Positions 8,982-17,716 of a stretch of 64,000 bases of DNA are shown here, piece after piece. This DNA comes from Rariglobus sp. (GTDB lineage Bacteria; Verrucomicrobiota; Verrucomicrobiia; Opitutales; Opitutaceae), in contig DATHXF010000083.1 in assembly GCA_035459785.1 (NCBI GenBank), forward strand, positions 1 through 64,000, given 5' to 3'. Numbering within the stretch: the first letter of the stretch is position 1; every line of letters begins with the position of its first letter. The notes beneath the pieces were generated by a model. The model worked only from the letters and a program-made list of their open reading frames with translations, was not told the origin of the DNA and made no database searches. Both the position numbers and the translations under genes were made by a program.

Positions 8982-11360
8982 TCACAGGGTGGTGATCGTC
9001 GATGGCGCGACGCCCTCGGCCAGCGACCAATTGTTCGCAGCGGTCCCCCAGATCGGCTGGACGGCCATGATATTTGCCGGGCCGGCGTTCACATAAAGAA
9101 GGTTGTCCATCCCGACACCCACGAGGTTGGCGCCCGCACTGCCGGGTCGTCCGTAAGCGTAACGCAGTTTCAACGCGCCTGACGGCAGCGAGGCCGGCGT
9201 GAGCCGGATCGTGGTGCCGTCGATCAGCACGGCCGCTGAGATCGGAATCTCCGTGACGAAGTTGTCGGCCGACAACGTGAAGCCCGAAATAGCCGCCGCC
9301 GGATTCTTCAGGCTCAAAGCGGTCCCGCCGTAGAGTTTGACCTGAACGATGAGATTCGCGCCCGAACGATAAAAATTCGTGATCTCACCCGCACGCGGAT
9401 CGACGTGGTTTTTAGGATCGCGCAGGAAGGCGGCCGCATTTCCCCAGCGAGGCCCGATCCGGCAGTAGGCCGCGGAATCCGGATGCACGCCGTCGTAGGT
9501 GTCGTGGTCGATAAAAACACCCGCGAAGGATGCGTTCCGCGGGTTGTCCTGCACCCAGCGCCGGCAGGCATCCCGCAGCACGTGCAACCGCTCCGGCCGC
9601 ACCTCGTTGGAATAGATGACCGGCACCGGCGCGAGCAACAGGTGCCAGGTTCCCGCAGTGAAATCTTTATCGAGCAGCGCCTTGAAATCGTTGAGGTTGG
9701 CGTAGAAATCCTCGCCCGCCTTGGCGCTCGCCAGGTTGCCCACCCAGGTGAAGAGGCCGGGCTTGTTGAGACCGCCGTTGGCCATGCAAAATTTCTTTGC
9801 CAGATCATAACGGGTCGGGCTCGCGGCCGCACCTTCCGTCCACGCGGAGAGACGGGTCGCCCCCGCCCAATAGACCATAAATCCGACGCAGCAGTGCGAC
9901 GCGTCCGACAACCCGTTGGCCAGTTCGGCTTCGCCCTGCGATCCCCCGCCCTCGCCTCCCGCCCGAAGCAAATTCCACATTCCTGAAGAAAGCGGATTCT
10001 TATCTCCGGCCAGAGTGGACACCGAGCTCGTGGGATACTTGGCGGTAAACCCATTTGGTGCGACAATGTCGTCCCGTCCGGCTGCTTGAAGGTGTCCCTG
10101 AATACTGTCTCCCCATATCGCCACGACTTCTCCCACCGCCCACCTCGACCACGTGCGATTGGGCCGGCTGCTGTCGCCTGATCCTCCAGCCGAATTAACC
10201 CGCCGCACTTCGATGGTTTTCCAATAACCCTTCGGCACCGGAATGGTTGACCGAATCGCCGCGCCTCCGCCCGCTGAGCGGGTCGCGAGCGCCTGCCAGG
10301 CAGTGGATGTTGCATGCTCCACATCCAGGAAGCGGATTTCGATGTCGGCCGCACCCGCGCCATAATCGAAGCCCGTAAACTGAACGTTGGCCGAACCATT
10401 CAAATGCCGGATGACTTGAAACGGTTGAAAGCTCGTGAGAGCGACCACGTTGGTCGGCTCGGTCACTTGACCGGGCGTGTTGTTTTCCGCAATCGCCCCC
10501 CGCAGCATCGGACCATCGGCAAAGTGGGTCGCCGGACCTTTTCGATTTAAGCCCACTGCAGTTGCGCCGCCTTGGTTGGTCAGCAGCAAGGGATTCGAAA
10601 CGTCCGCCAATTGAGCGGTCTCCAACGGAAAGTAGAGTGCGAGTTTCCCCGAAAGACTCGAAACACTCGACGGCTTGCAGCCGGCCGCCATGAGCGCGAT
10701 GTCCGCGTCGCCAACCGATGCCGTGGCAATGAAGAAGCCCTCCAGATCGGAATCATACAAGCCCGCTGAACCGTTTACATTGGCGAGCGCCCAACCGCCC
10801 GCAGTCGCCCCGAACGGCCGGGTCTCGCTGCACACAAGCACGGGCGCATGCCCCGCCTCGGCCACCAGATATTCGCTCTTCCCGGCGTTGCGGCGGATGA
10901 TGTGCAACCGCGGCGTAAACTTGCCGGTGGCGCGTCCGGGATAGCCGGCCGGCAAGATGCCATCGATCACGTCCTTCATTGCCTTGCCGCCACTGCCAAA
11001 CAGGTTTCCGGCGGCATCTTTGCCACCCACCACAAAGCGGCCCTGCATCGGATACGACTGGCCCAGGGGAACATAAGCCAGAGTGATCGCTCCGCTGATG
11101 AGCACGCCGCCATCGCCTTGAAAATTATTGTCCCAGATACCGATGGTCCAATCACCGTCGGGCAGGGCGTAATTTGCGTTGGTCCCAAAAGTGGTGCGGC
11201 CCGCAAACGGATTGATCCCCGACGACATGCGGACGGATGCCGACAGCGTCGGCGCAAGCACCGAGGTGCCGATTAAACAACCGGCGCAGAAAGCGCGCAA
11301 AAATTTTGATCTCAGGCCAACCGGCCGGATCGTGAAACGGGAAATGGCGGGGAGTTTCAT
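8982..11360 (-). CDS. Large secreted protein with C-terminal SGNH/GDSL hydrolase-like domain (carbohydrate esterase candidate)
   Basis: 792 aa; N-terminal hydrophobic leader; GDS(L) block VVAIWGDSIQG and downstream DGVHP (DxxH catalytic dyad motif) in the C-terminal 300 aa. N-terminal 450 aa unassigned. Confidence 0.5.
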   Translation of the reverse strand: MKLPAISRFTIRPVGLRSKFLRAFCAGCLIGTSVLAPTLSASVRMSSGINPFAGRTTFGTNANYALPDGDWTIGIWDNNFQGDGGVLISGAITLAYVPLGQSYPMQGRFVVGGKDAAGNLFGSGGKAMKDVIDGILPAGYPGRATGKFTPRLHIIRRNAGKSEYLVAEAGHAPVLVCSETRPFGATAGGWALANVNGSAGLYDSDLEGFFIATASVGDADIALMAAGCKPSSVSSLSGKLALYFPLETAQLADVSNPLLLTNQGGATAVGLNRKGPATHFADGPMLRGAIAENNTPGQVTEPTNVVALTSFQPFQVIRHLNGSANVQFTGFDYGAGAADIEIRFLDVEHATSTAWQALATRSAGGGAAIRSTIPVPKGYWKTIEVRRVNSAGGSGDSSRPNRTWSRWAVGEVVAIWGDSIQGHLQAAGRDDIVAPNGFTAKYPTSSVSTLAGDKNPLSSGMWNLLRAGGEGGGSQGEAELANGLSDASHCCVGFMVYWAGATRLSAWTEGAAASPTRYDLAKKFCMANGGLNKPGLFTWVGNLASAKAGEDFYANLNDFKALLDKDFTAGTWHLLLAPVPVIYSNEVRPERLHVLRDACRRWVQDNPRNASFAGVFIDHDTYDGVHPDSAAYCRIGPRWGNAAAFLRDPKNHVDPRAGEITNFYRSGANLIVQVKLYGGTALSLKNPAAAISGFTLSADNFVTEIPISAAVLIDGTTIRLTPASLPSGALKLRYAYGRPGSAGANLVGVGMDNLLYVNAGPANIMAVQPIWGTAANNWSLAEGVAPSTITTL

Positions 11361-11445
11361 GACGGAAAGAAAGACGGTCCGTCCGGGAATCCGGACAGGC
11401 GCGAGCGGAGAGTCTGCGACCCCCTTAAGGCCGCCACGTTATCGA

Positions 11446-14415
11446 TCAGCCGTTCGACGGCGTTGAGATGTTCACGTTCGCCGGAGCGCCGGGCGTTCCT
11501 GTCGCCGGCGTCGAGCCCGCAGGCGCGGCGGCCGGCGCAACCCAAGGTTCGATCGCCTCGTCCTTGCCCGGCGCTTTGTATTTGTTCACCGGGCCCGGGA
11601 TATCTGACGGCGCGGGCGGAATCGCTTCCTCCAACGTGCCGGAGTAAGCCCGGAAATAATCGATCTCCATCACGTTCGGCATGTCCGCGCGGATTTGCTC
11701 GCGCGTCGGATTCTTTTTGCCCGGACCGCGCCCCCAACCGTTGCCGGTGATGGCGACGTTGAAGATAAAGTATTCGGGGACATCGGGCACATTTTTCGGA
11801 TCCTTCACGCGATACACCGGCTTGCCGTCCACATAGTAGATGAGCCGCTCCGGCGACCAGTAGAGGCCGTAGGTGTGAAACTTCGTATCAAGCGCGGGGA
11901 AGTAAATCTCGGCCGGCCCCCAGCCGTCGTTGTCCTTGGCGTAGGCACCGTAGCCGTGCGGCGCCGGATCTTTTTCGGATACGGGCGCATAACTCCAGAT
12001 GCAGCCGACGTGGAGCGGGAACGTGCCGTCCGCGCGTTTCCACCAGGGCTGGAATTCGAAGATGTCGATCTCGATGCCCTGCCCGTGATTTTTCGTGCGG
12101 TAGCTGCTGCGGATCTTCGCCGGATAATCGCGTCCGCGATCAGGCAGCATCCAAAACGCGGGCCAGAGACCGGCCGCGCGGGCTTTCGGCATCTTCAGGC
12201 GCGCCTCGAAATAGCCGTAGGTCTGGGTGAACTTGTCGTAACTCGTGAACGCGCCCGAGGCGAATTTCTGGGCGCCACCCAGTCGTCCCGTGCGGTCGGT
12301 GTTCCGGCAGTCGCGCTCCTCGATCTTGATCGTGCAAAGTCCGTTGGCGACCGTGACGTTTTCCGGAACGTAACCCTGCAGCTCGTTGTTTATGACGTCG
12401 GGAAACGTGTAGCCCGGCGTCCAGATTTTCGGGTCAAGTTTGTCGCCGTCGAAATTCTCGTTGAGCGTGAGCGTCCAATCACCCGGAGGTGGTCCGGCCA
12501 GGGCGAAGGCGAGCTCTTCGATGAAGACCGGCTGCACACCGGTCACCGTTCCCTGGACGCGAATCGTGACCGAGGAAATCCCCTTGTCGGTGTCGTCGAT
12601 CACCCCGACGAACGTTTTCTTGTCCGCGGCAATGAGGCCATCGGCAGTGCCTGGCGTGACGACGGTGCCATCGGCCAGCGTATAGGACAGCGACCGGGTT
12701 TTCGCATCGGCGGGCGAGCGATAGGTCACGCCGAAGGACCAGACCGGTTTATCAAACGCAAAGGTCTGCTCGGCCCATGCACCTTTTTCAAGGTTGCCCA
12801 GACCGCCGAGCACGGGATACGGCAGCGACTCTTCGTTTTTCAACGTGGTCCGGGTGAGCCGGGCGTTGTTTGCGGAATTCACCGCCGTGACCGTCACCTT
12901 CCGGTCGACAGTGCCCTTCCCTCTCAGATCAAAGGCGAACGTGCCCGGGCCGGCTCCCAAATCGGGATTTTTTTGAGGCCAGGTATCGAAGCGATAAACG
13001 TAGCGGCGATTGCCGGCGATGAACCGGAAGTCGGCGAGCGAAGCCAGATCCGGCGACGCGGGCGCGAGTGTCGCGGCGATGGTTTCAGGCGAAGCGAAAT
13101 CACAACTGCCCTTGAGATTGATGACCGGCGCGAACGCGGGCTTGGGCTGGGTGACGACCGCCAGGTGGCTGAAGCTGATGCTTTGCGCGACGCTGCCGGC
13201 GAGCCCCTTGAGCATGTAGGAAACCGAGACGATGCCGGTGCCCGACCGATCAATGACTCCGATGAAGGAATCGGTTCCGGCCTTGAGGAGCGCGCCCCGC
13301 AGCTCTCGCCGCCCCACTTGGATGACGGTGCCATCAGCCAAGGTGTAAGACAAAGGATAGCCGTTCAGGTCGTTGGCCGATGCCCAGAAAAACCGCCGCA
13401 GCTCCATGTCACCCGAAGAATTCAAGACCACTCCGAAAGCCAGCACGGGTTTGTTAAATTTGAAGACGTGGTCGGCCTTGCCGCTCCAGCTCAGATTCCC
13501 GAAGCCCGTGAGAATCGTTTTCCCGGAGACCGGATCTTTCGCGCGGGCCAGGTTGAACTTGCTGCCGGCACCGCCGCCGTTGGGCAGAAACGCGACCTTC
13601 AGATTGGTGTCGCCCGTGGTGCCGAGGAGGAAGTTGAAGCTGTAGGTTTTCTGATCGAGGGCATCCTTCTCGCCGGGCCACGGATCGAATGAGTAAACGT
13701 GGCGGTCCGTCGCCGGCAGCGCGTTGAATTCGGCGAGCGAGCACAGGCCCTTGAGCTGCGTGGCGGCATCGTCCAGCGCCTGCGTATCGGGAAAGTTGTG
13801 TTTGCCGGTGATGTCGATCACGGGCGTGGGCAGAAAGGTCGGCGGGCCCGGAGGCGGCGGAGGCTCCACGGCCACGAGCGGCGTCTCCAATGACACCGTC
13901 GCCAACTTGAACCCCTTCAGGTTGGCCAGCAGCACGGTGAACGGCGCCTTGGGGGGATTCGGGAAGAGCTTGATGGCGGTGACGTGCGCCTTATCCAGCG
14001 GGAAACCGTCTGCGCCATACGACTGCCCGAAGCGAAGTTTCAGCGTCTCGGTCTTGCCCGGCTTGATTCGAAACACCTGCACGCTCCATGGTGACTTGCT
14101 CCGATCCCCGGCGTTGTCCGCCCTCATGGTCATGACGATTTCCGTCGTGCCGGGATTGGTCAGGTCAACCTGCACTCCGTCGTAAGCGGAGAAATCCCAA
14201 CCGCCTTCGGGCGCCGTAACGGTGAGGCCCGGGTAACCGCTGCTGACGGGGAGATCGAGCGTCACTTCGGACGCCCCGTCACGATCGACGACTGCCAACG
14301 TGGCGCCGTTGTCGGCTCGCGCAGCCTTGAGATCCGGCAAGGTTTCTCCACGCACGGACGTCGCGGCGATCCACAGCAGCATGACGACGCCGGCGCAGGC
14401 AGGATGGAATTTCAT
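11446..14415 (-). CDS. Multi-domain secreted glycoside hydrolase family 16 (beta-glucanase/laminarinase-like) with duplicated N-terminal beta-sandwich domains
   Basis: 989 aa; signal peptide; GH16 catalytic ExDxxE motif GIEIDIFEF, PAFWML motif; two internal repeats (...SLSYTLADGTVIQVG... / ...SLSYTLADGTVVTPG...). Confidence 0.8.
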   Translation of the reverse strand: MKFHPACAGVVMLLWIAATSVRGETLPDLKAARADNGATLAVVDRDGASEVTLDLPVSSGYPGLTVTAPEGGWDFSAYDGVQVDLTNPGTTEIVMTMRADNAGDRSKSPWSVQVFRIKPGKTETLKLRFGQSYGADGFPLDKAHVTAIKLFPNPPKAPFTVLLANLKGFKLATVSLETPLVAVEPPPPPGPPTFLPTPVIDITGKHNFPDTQALDDAATQLKGLCSLAEFNALPATDRHVYSFDPWPGEKDALDQKTYSFNFLLGTTGDTNLKVAFLPNGGGAGSKFNLARAKDPVSGKTILTGFGNLSWSGKADHVFKFNKPVLAFGVVLNSSGDMELRRFFWASANDLNGYPLSYTLADGTVIQVGRRELRGALLKAGTDSFIGVIDRSGTGIVSVSYMLKGLAGSVAQSISFSHLAVVTQPKPAFAPVINLKGSCDFASPETIAATLAPASPDLASLADFRFIAGNRRYVYRFDTWPQKNPDLGAGPGTFAFDLRGKGTVDRKVTVTAVNSANNARLTRTTLKNEESLPYPVLGGLGNLEKGAWAEQTFAFDKPVWSFGVTYRSPADAKTRSLSYTLADGTVVTPGTADGLIAADKKTFVGVIDDTDKGISSVTIRVQGTVTGVQPVFIEELAFALAGPPPGDWTLTLNENFDGDKLDPKIWTPGYTFPDVINNELQGYVPENVTVANGLCTIKIEERDCRNTDRTGRLGGAQKFASGAFTSYDKFTQTYGYFEARLKMPKARAAGLWPAFWMLPDRGRDYPAKIRSSYRTKNHGQGIEIDIFEFQPWWKRADGTFPLHVGCIWSYAPVSEKDPAPHGYGAYAKDNDGWGPAEIYFPALDTKFHTYGLYWSPERLIYYVDGKPVYRVKDPKNVPDVPEYFIFNVAITGNGWGRGPGKKNPTREQIRADMPNVMEIDYFRAYSGTLEEAIPPAPSDIPGPVNKYKAPGKDEAIEPWVAPAAAPAGSTPATGTPGAPANVNISTPSNG

Positions 14416-14469
14416 TCTGATTAAGAACCGACAACCACGGAGGCATCCAGGGCCGCCTCTGTTTTTTTG

Positions 14470-15213
14470 TTACAAATGCAGGGAGTTCAAGACGGGGGTG
14501 AGACGCTCCGCCCATTGTGCATAACCGGGAGCGGCCAGATGGATCATGTCCTCGCGGAAGTATTCGGGCTTCGGAGCCCCCTCGGGCGTGGCCAGTGCGG
14601 AAAAGAGATCGAGGATGACGACGTTTTTCCGGCCCTCGGCCAGTTTGACGATGAGCGTGTTCAGCTCCGAAACGACACCGGGACGCTTGAGAGGGGACTT
14701 GGGGGCGGCACGCGGAGGCACGGTGCAGAGAATGACGGGCATGTCCGGATTTTGGATATGCGCCTGCTCCAAAAGAAGCGCGATGTTAGCCGCGATGACC
14801 GGCGGCTCCATGTGGGTGCTCAGGTCGTTGGTGCCGATGCACAGCACGATGGCGCGCGGATTGAGATCCAGGACGTCTTCCTTGAACCGGAACAGCAAAC
14901 CACGGGTGACATCGCCACCGATGCCCCGGTTGGCCACTTTGCGTTTGGGAAACGCCGCGGCGAGTTCCGGGAGTTTCCACCCGCCGGTGAGCGAATCGCC
15001 CACAAAGACCACCGCCCCCTGATCCTGGGCACGCTTCGTCCAGAAAGATGCGCGGTTCTGTTTCATCCAGTCAAAGCAGCGAATCGAACCCCGTCCCGGC
15101 CAAGCCGCGTCATTCTTGGGATCGGGATAGGGCGTGGGGGCATCCTGCGCGTGCAGGAATCCGAAAGAGAGCAGCGCAAAAAAACACAATGCCGCTTTAA
15201 AACATGTTTTCAT
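14470..15213 (-). CDS. SGNH/GDSL hydrolase (secreted esterase), paralog of 62463..63230
   Basis: ORF 14470..15294 trimmed to ATG 15211-15213 (MKTCFKAALCFFALLSFGFLHA signal peptide). Blocks VVFVGDSLTGGW, GIGGD, IGTNDL; strongly similar to the 62463..63230 product. Confidence 0.75.
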   Translation of the reverse strand: MKTCFKAALCFFALLSFGFLHAQDAPTPYPDPKNDAAWPGRGSIRCFDWMKQNRASFWTKRAQDQGAVVFVGDSLTGGWKLPELAAAFPKRKVANRGIGGDVTRGLLFRFKEDVLDLNPRAIVLCIGTNDLSTHMEPPVIAANIALLLEQAHIQNPDMPVILCTVPPRAAPKSPLKRPGVVSELNTLIVKLAEGRKNVVILDLFSALATPEGAPKPEYFREDMIHLAAPGYAQWAERLTPVLNSLHL

Positions 15214-15244
15214 GATCACGGTGAATGCGGGAACATGTGAAGAC

Positions 15245-16528
15245 TCAGCCCCGGCGGCGACGGATGACGGTGGCACCCAACGCAAGCGCGCCAAAAATCA
15301 CCGCATAGGTCGAGGGCTCGGGAACCGCGGAAATCGTCAGTGAACCGGTGCCGGCAAACACGGAACTGCTGAAGAACGTATTCAGCTGACTCGAGGTGTA
15401 GGTGCCGGCGGCCAGATAAGTCGCCGAAATGGAATCGTAGACCGCACCGATGGTATCAGAGCCCGTGAAACTCAGGTTGATGCTGGATGCCGTCGAGGTG
15501 CTGGAAAAAGTCAGTGAGGCCTGATCGGCAAACGACGCGGCGTTGCCCGCTGTCAGAAATGCTCCCGTGGCGACGGTGACGCCGCCCGTGCCAAAGGTTC
15601 CGGTCGTCGAAGTGGCCAGCGTGCCGGAGTTCACCGTAGATCCGCCTGCATAGGTATTCGCACCGGTAAGAATAAGGGAACTGTTGGCGGTGCCCGTGTT
15701 TGAAATCGCGAGCCCTCCGTTGGAAATCACTCCGCCGACCGTGGTGTTGCGGTTGGAGGTATTGGTGCTAAGGGTCACCGTGCGGGTGCCGCCGTTCAGA
15801 TTCACGGCGGACGTGCCCAGGTTCAAACTGCCGCTTGTCGTGGAGGTGGTAAAATTCCCGGCCCAGATTTGACTGCCAACATTCACCGTGCCGGCTGCGG
15901 CGGTTTGAATGCCTGCTCCGGTGTTGAGGGTCAGACTTCCCGTCCCCAGATAAGATCCGCCTGCCACCACGGACAACGTGCCACCACTTTCAATCGTCAC
16001 ACCTCCGCTGAAATCGTTGGCGCTATTGTTAAGCTGCAATTTCCCGACGCTATTCTTGATCGTGATGGCGCCGCTTCCGCTCGTTTTTCCACTCAGAATC
16101 AAAATCCTCGTGCTGGTCGTCGCTCCGACCGTGACATCAAGGGAACTCGTCAGGGTGACCGGGGCCGAAATCGTATTGCTGCCGTTCACCGTCGCCATGG
16201 TGAGCGTCGCGTTGCCCACACTGGAATTGAAAATAAGGCTGCCTCCGCTGGACGATGAAAGAGTAACGGTAGTCGCATTACCAATCTGCAAGGAACCGAC
16301 CGTTCTGGACGTGCCACCGAGATCCACCATCGCACCGGCGACCGTGATCGCAGCGCTGGCATCCTGGGCGTCCGGCGGACTCCCATCGCTCCAGGTATTG
16401 TCGCTCCAATTGCCCGTCGTCCCCGTCCAACTATTGACGGCCGACTTGGCCGTGGTGGCAAATCCGGTAAAAAGCAGGGCGGTAACAAGCAACGAACGAT
16501 CTAATGCGGGGAAGCAGTGTGTTTTCAT
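15245..16528 (-). CDS. PEP-CTERM-anchored surface protein with autotransporter-like beta-strand repeats
   Basis: 427 aa; signal peptide; Gly/Thr/Ser-rich repeats (GGTLSVVAGGSYLGTGSLTLNTGAGI...); C-terminus AVPEPSTYAVIFGALALGATVIRRRRG is the PEP-CTERM sorting signal (PEP, TM helix, basic tail). Confidence 0.75.
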   Translation of the reverse strand: MKTHCFPALDRSLLVTALLFTGFATTAKSAVNSWTGTTGNWSDNTWSDGSPPDAQDASAAITVAGAMVDLGGTSRTVGSLQIGNATTVTLSSSSGGSLIFNSSVGNATLTMATVNGSNTISAPVTLTSSLDVTVGATTSTRILILSGKTSGSGAITIKNSVGKLQLNNSANDFSGGVTIESGGTLSVVAGGSYLGTGSLTLNTGAGIQTAAAGTVNVGSQIWAGNFTTSTTSGSLNLGTSAVNLNGGTRTVTLSTNTSNRNTTVGGVISNGGLAISNTGTANSSLILTGANTYAGGSTVNSGTLATSTTGTFGTGGVTVATGAFLTAGNAASFADQASLTFSSTSTASSINLSFTGSDTIGAVYDSISATYLAAGTYTSSQLNTFFSSSVFAGTGSLTISAVPEPSTYAVIFGALALGATVIRRRRG

Positions 16529-16639
16529 GGGCGCAGATGGGGTGAGAAGGTAAACCGAACTTCACCCACCATCTCCGTCCGGCTAATTCCGGCCAGTATC
16601 GTGATAGTTTACAGATAACCGGACCGATTCCCCGCCGCA

Positions 16640-17662
16640 CTACTCCATCCGACTCTTCAGCGTCACGCCATCGCACCACACACCTTCGACATTCACGGTT
16701 TTTGGCACGGCGGGCAGGCCGAGTTCGTTGTTTTGCAATTGCTCGACCACGAGGTCCACGGTCTTGGCCCCGATCTCGCCTCGCCGCAGGTCGATCCCCG
16801 CGCACGTGTCGATCGAAGGCAGGCAATCCAAGCTCGAGAAGCCGATGTCGCGCGGCACCCGCAGTCCGATTTTACCGAGCAAATCGAGCACTTGGTGCAT
16901 GTTGCTCACCACGACCTGGACCTTGTGGCGGTCGATCCATTCGGCGAGGCGCTTTTGATCCCAATCGTGGGTGAGCAACGGGGGAATGATGTCATGAGGC
17001 TTCACCCGATATTGATAGCCCATGTAGGCCGACATCCACGTGTTGCTGTTCATGTCGTCCTGCTCGAAGACGTTGACGTAGCCGACGCGGGTGTAGCCGA
17101 AACGCTTCAATTTTCGAAGCGTCAGCACCATGGCCTGGAAATAAGCGTGGGACGCGCGATGCAGACCGGGCTTCAGAATGGTTGCGCCCGAAGCGGCCGG
17201 GGAAAAATGCCGCCAGTCGAAGGAAACGTGGCCGCGCGCCTTCGGTATCGAGGTGAGGATGAGGCCGCGGATGCCCCGCGCATGGAGAATGTGGCACAGC
17301 CGGGTGTTCGTCATGCGCGGGGCACGCGCCCAAAACTCTTCTATTTCATAGCCGAGATGGCGGGCGCGCGCATGCATGCCCTCGTGCAGGGCGAGGCCGC
17401 GCGGATTCTGGGGGCCGGGCTTGTCCCACCAGGTGAGCATCGCGAGTTTCTCGACCGTCCGGGTCTTGCGGGAGGAGCGCAGCTGGGTCATCAGCGACGA
17501 TACCAGCGGATCGCGCGTGTAACCGGTCCTCTTGGCGATCGCCAGGATGCGGTCGCGCGTGACGAGGGAGATGCGGGGATGGTTGCGCAACGCCAGTGAC
17601 ACCGCGGTCTGGGAGCAGCCGGCGAGCGCCGCGAGTTCGCGCATGGTGGGAGGGGTAGCCAT
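16640..17662 (-). CDS. LacI-family transcriptional regulator
   Basis: ORF trimmed to ATG 17660-17662 (MATPPTMRELAALAGCSQTAVSLALRNHPRIS..., LacI HTH) followed by periplasmic-binding-fold sugar-binding domain. Confidence 0.8.
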   Translation of the reverse strand: MATPPTMRELAALAGCSQTAVSLALRNHPRISLVTRDRILAIAKRTGYTRDPLVSSLMTQLRSSRKTRTVEKLAMLTWWDKPGPQNPRGLALHEGMHARARHLGYEIEEFWARAPRMTNTRLCHILHARGIRGLILTSIPKARGHVSFDWRHFSPAASGATILKPGLHRASHAYFQAMVLTLRKLKRFGYTRVGYVNVFEQDDMNSNTWMSAYMGYQYRVKPHDIIPPLLTHDWDQKRLAEWIDRHKVQVVVSNMHQVLDLLGKIGLRVPRDIGFSSLDCLPSIDTCAGIDLRRGEIGAKTVDLVVEQLQNNELGLPAVPKTVNVEGVWCDGVTLKSRME

Positions 17663-17716
17663 GCAATGTAATTTTAAAGTGAATACACCAAGGGACGGAG
17701 GAACCGCCCGCACCTG

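Noticed and set aside
11695-13692. 665-aa ORF antisense to the GH16 multidomain gene
   Set aside because: Antisense artefact. The GH16 gene on the other strand has clear catalytic motifs and a signal peptide.
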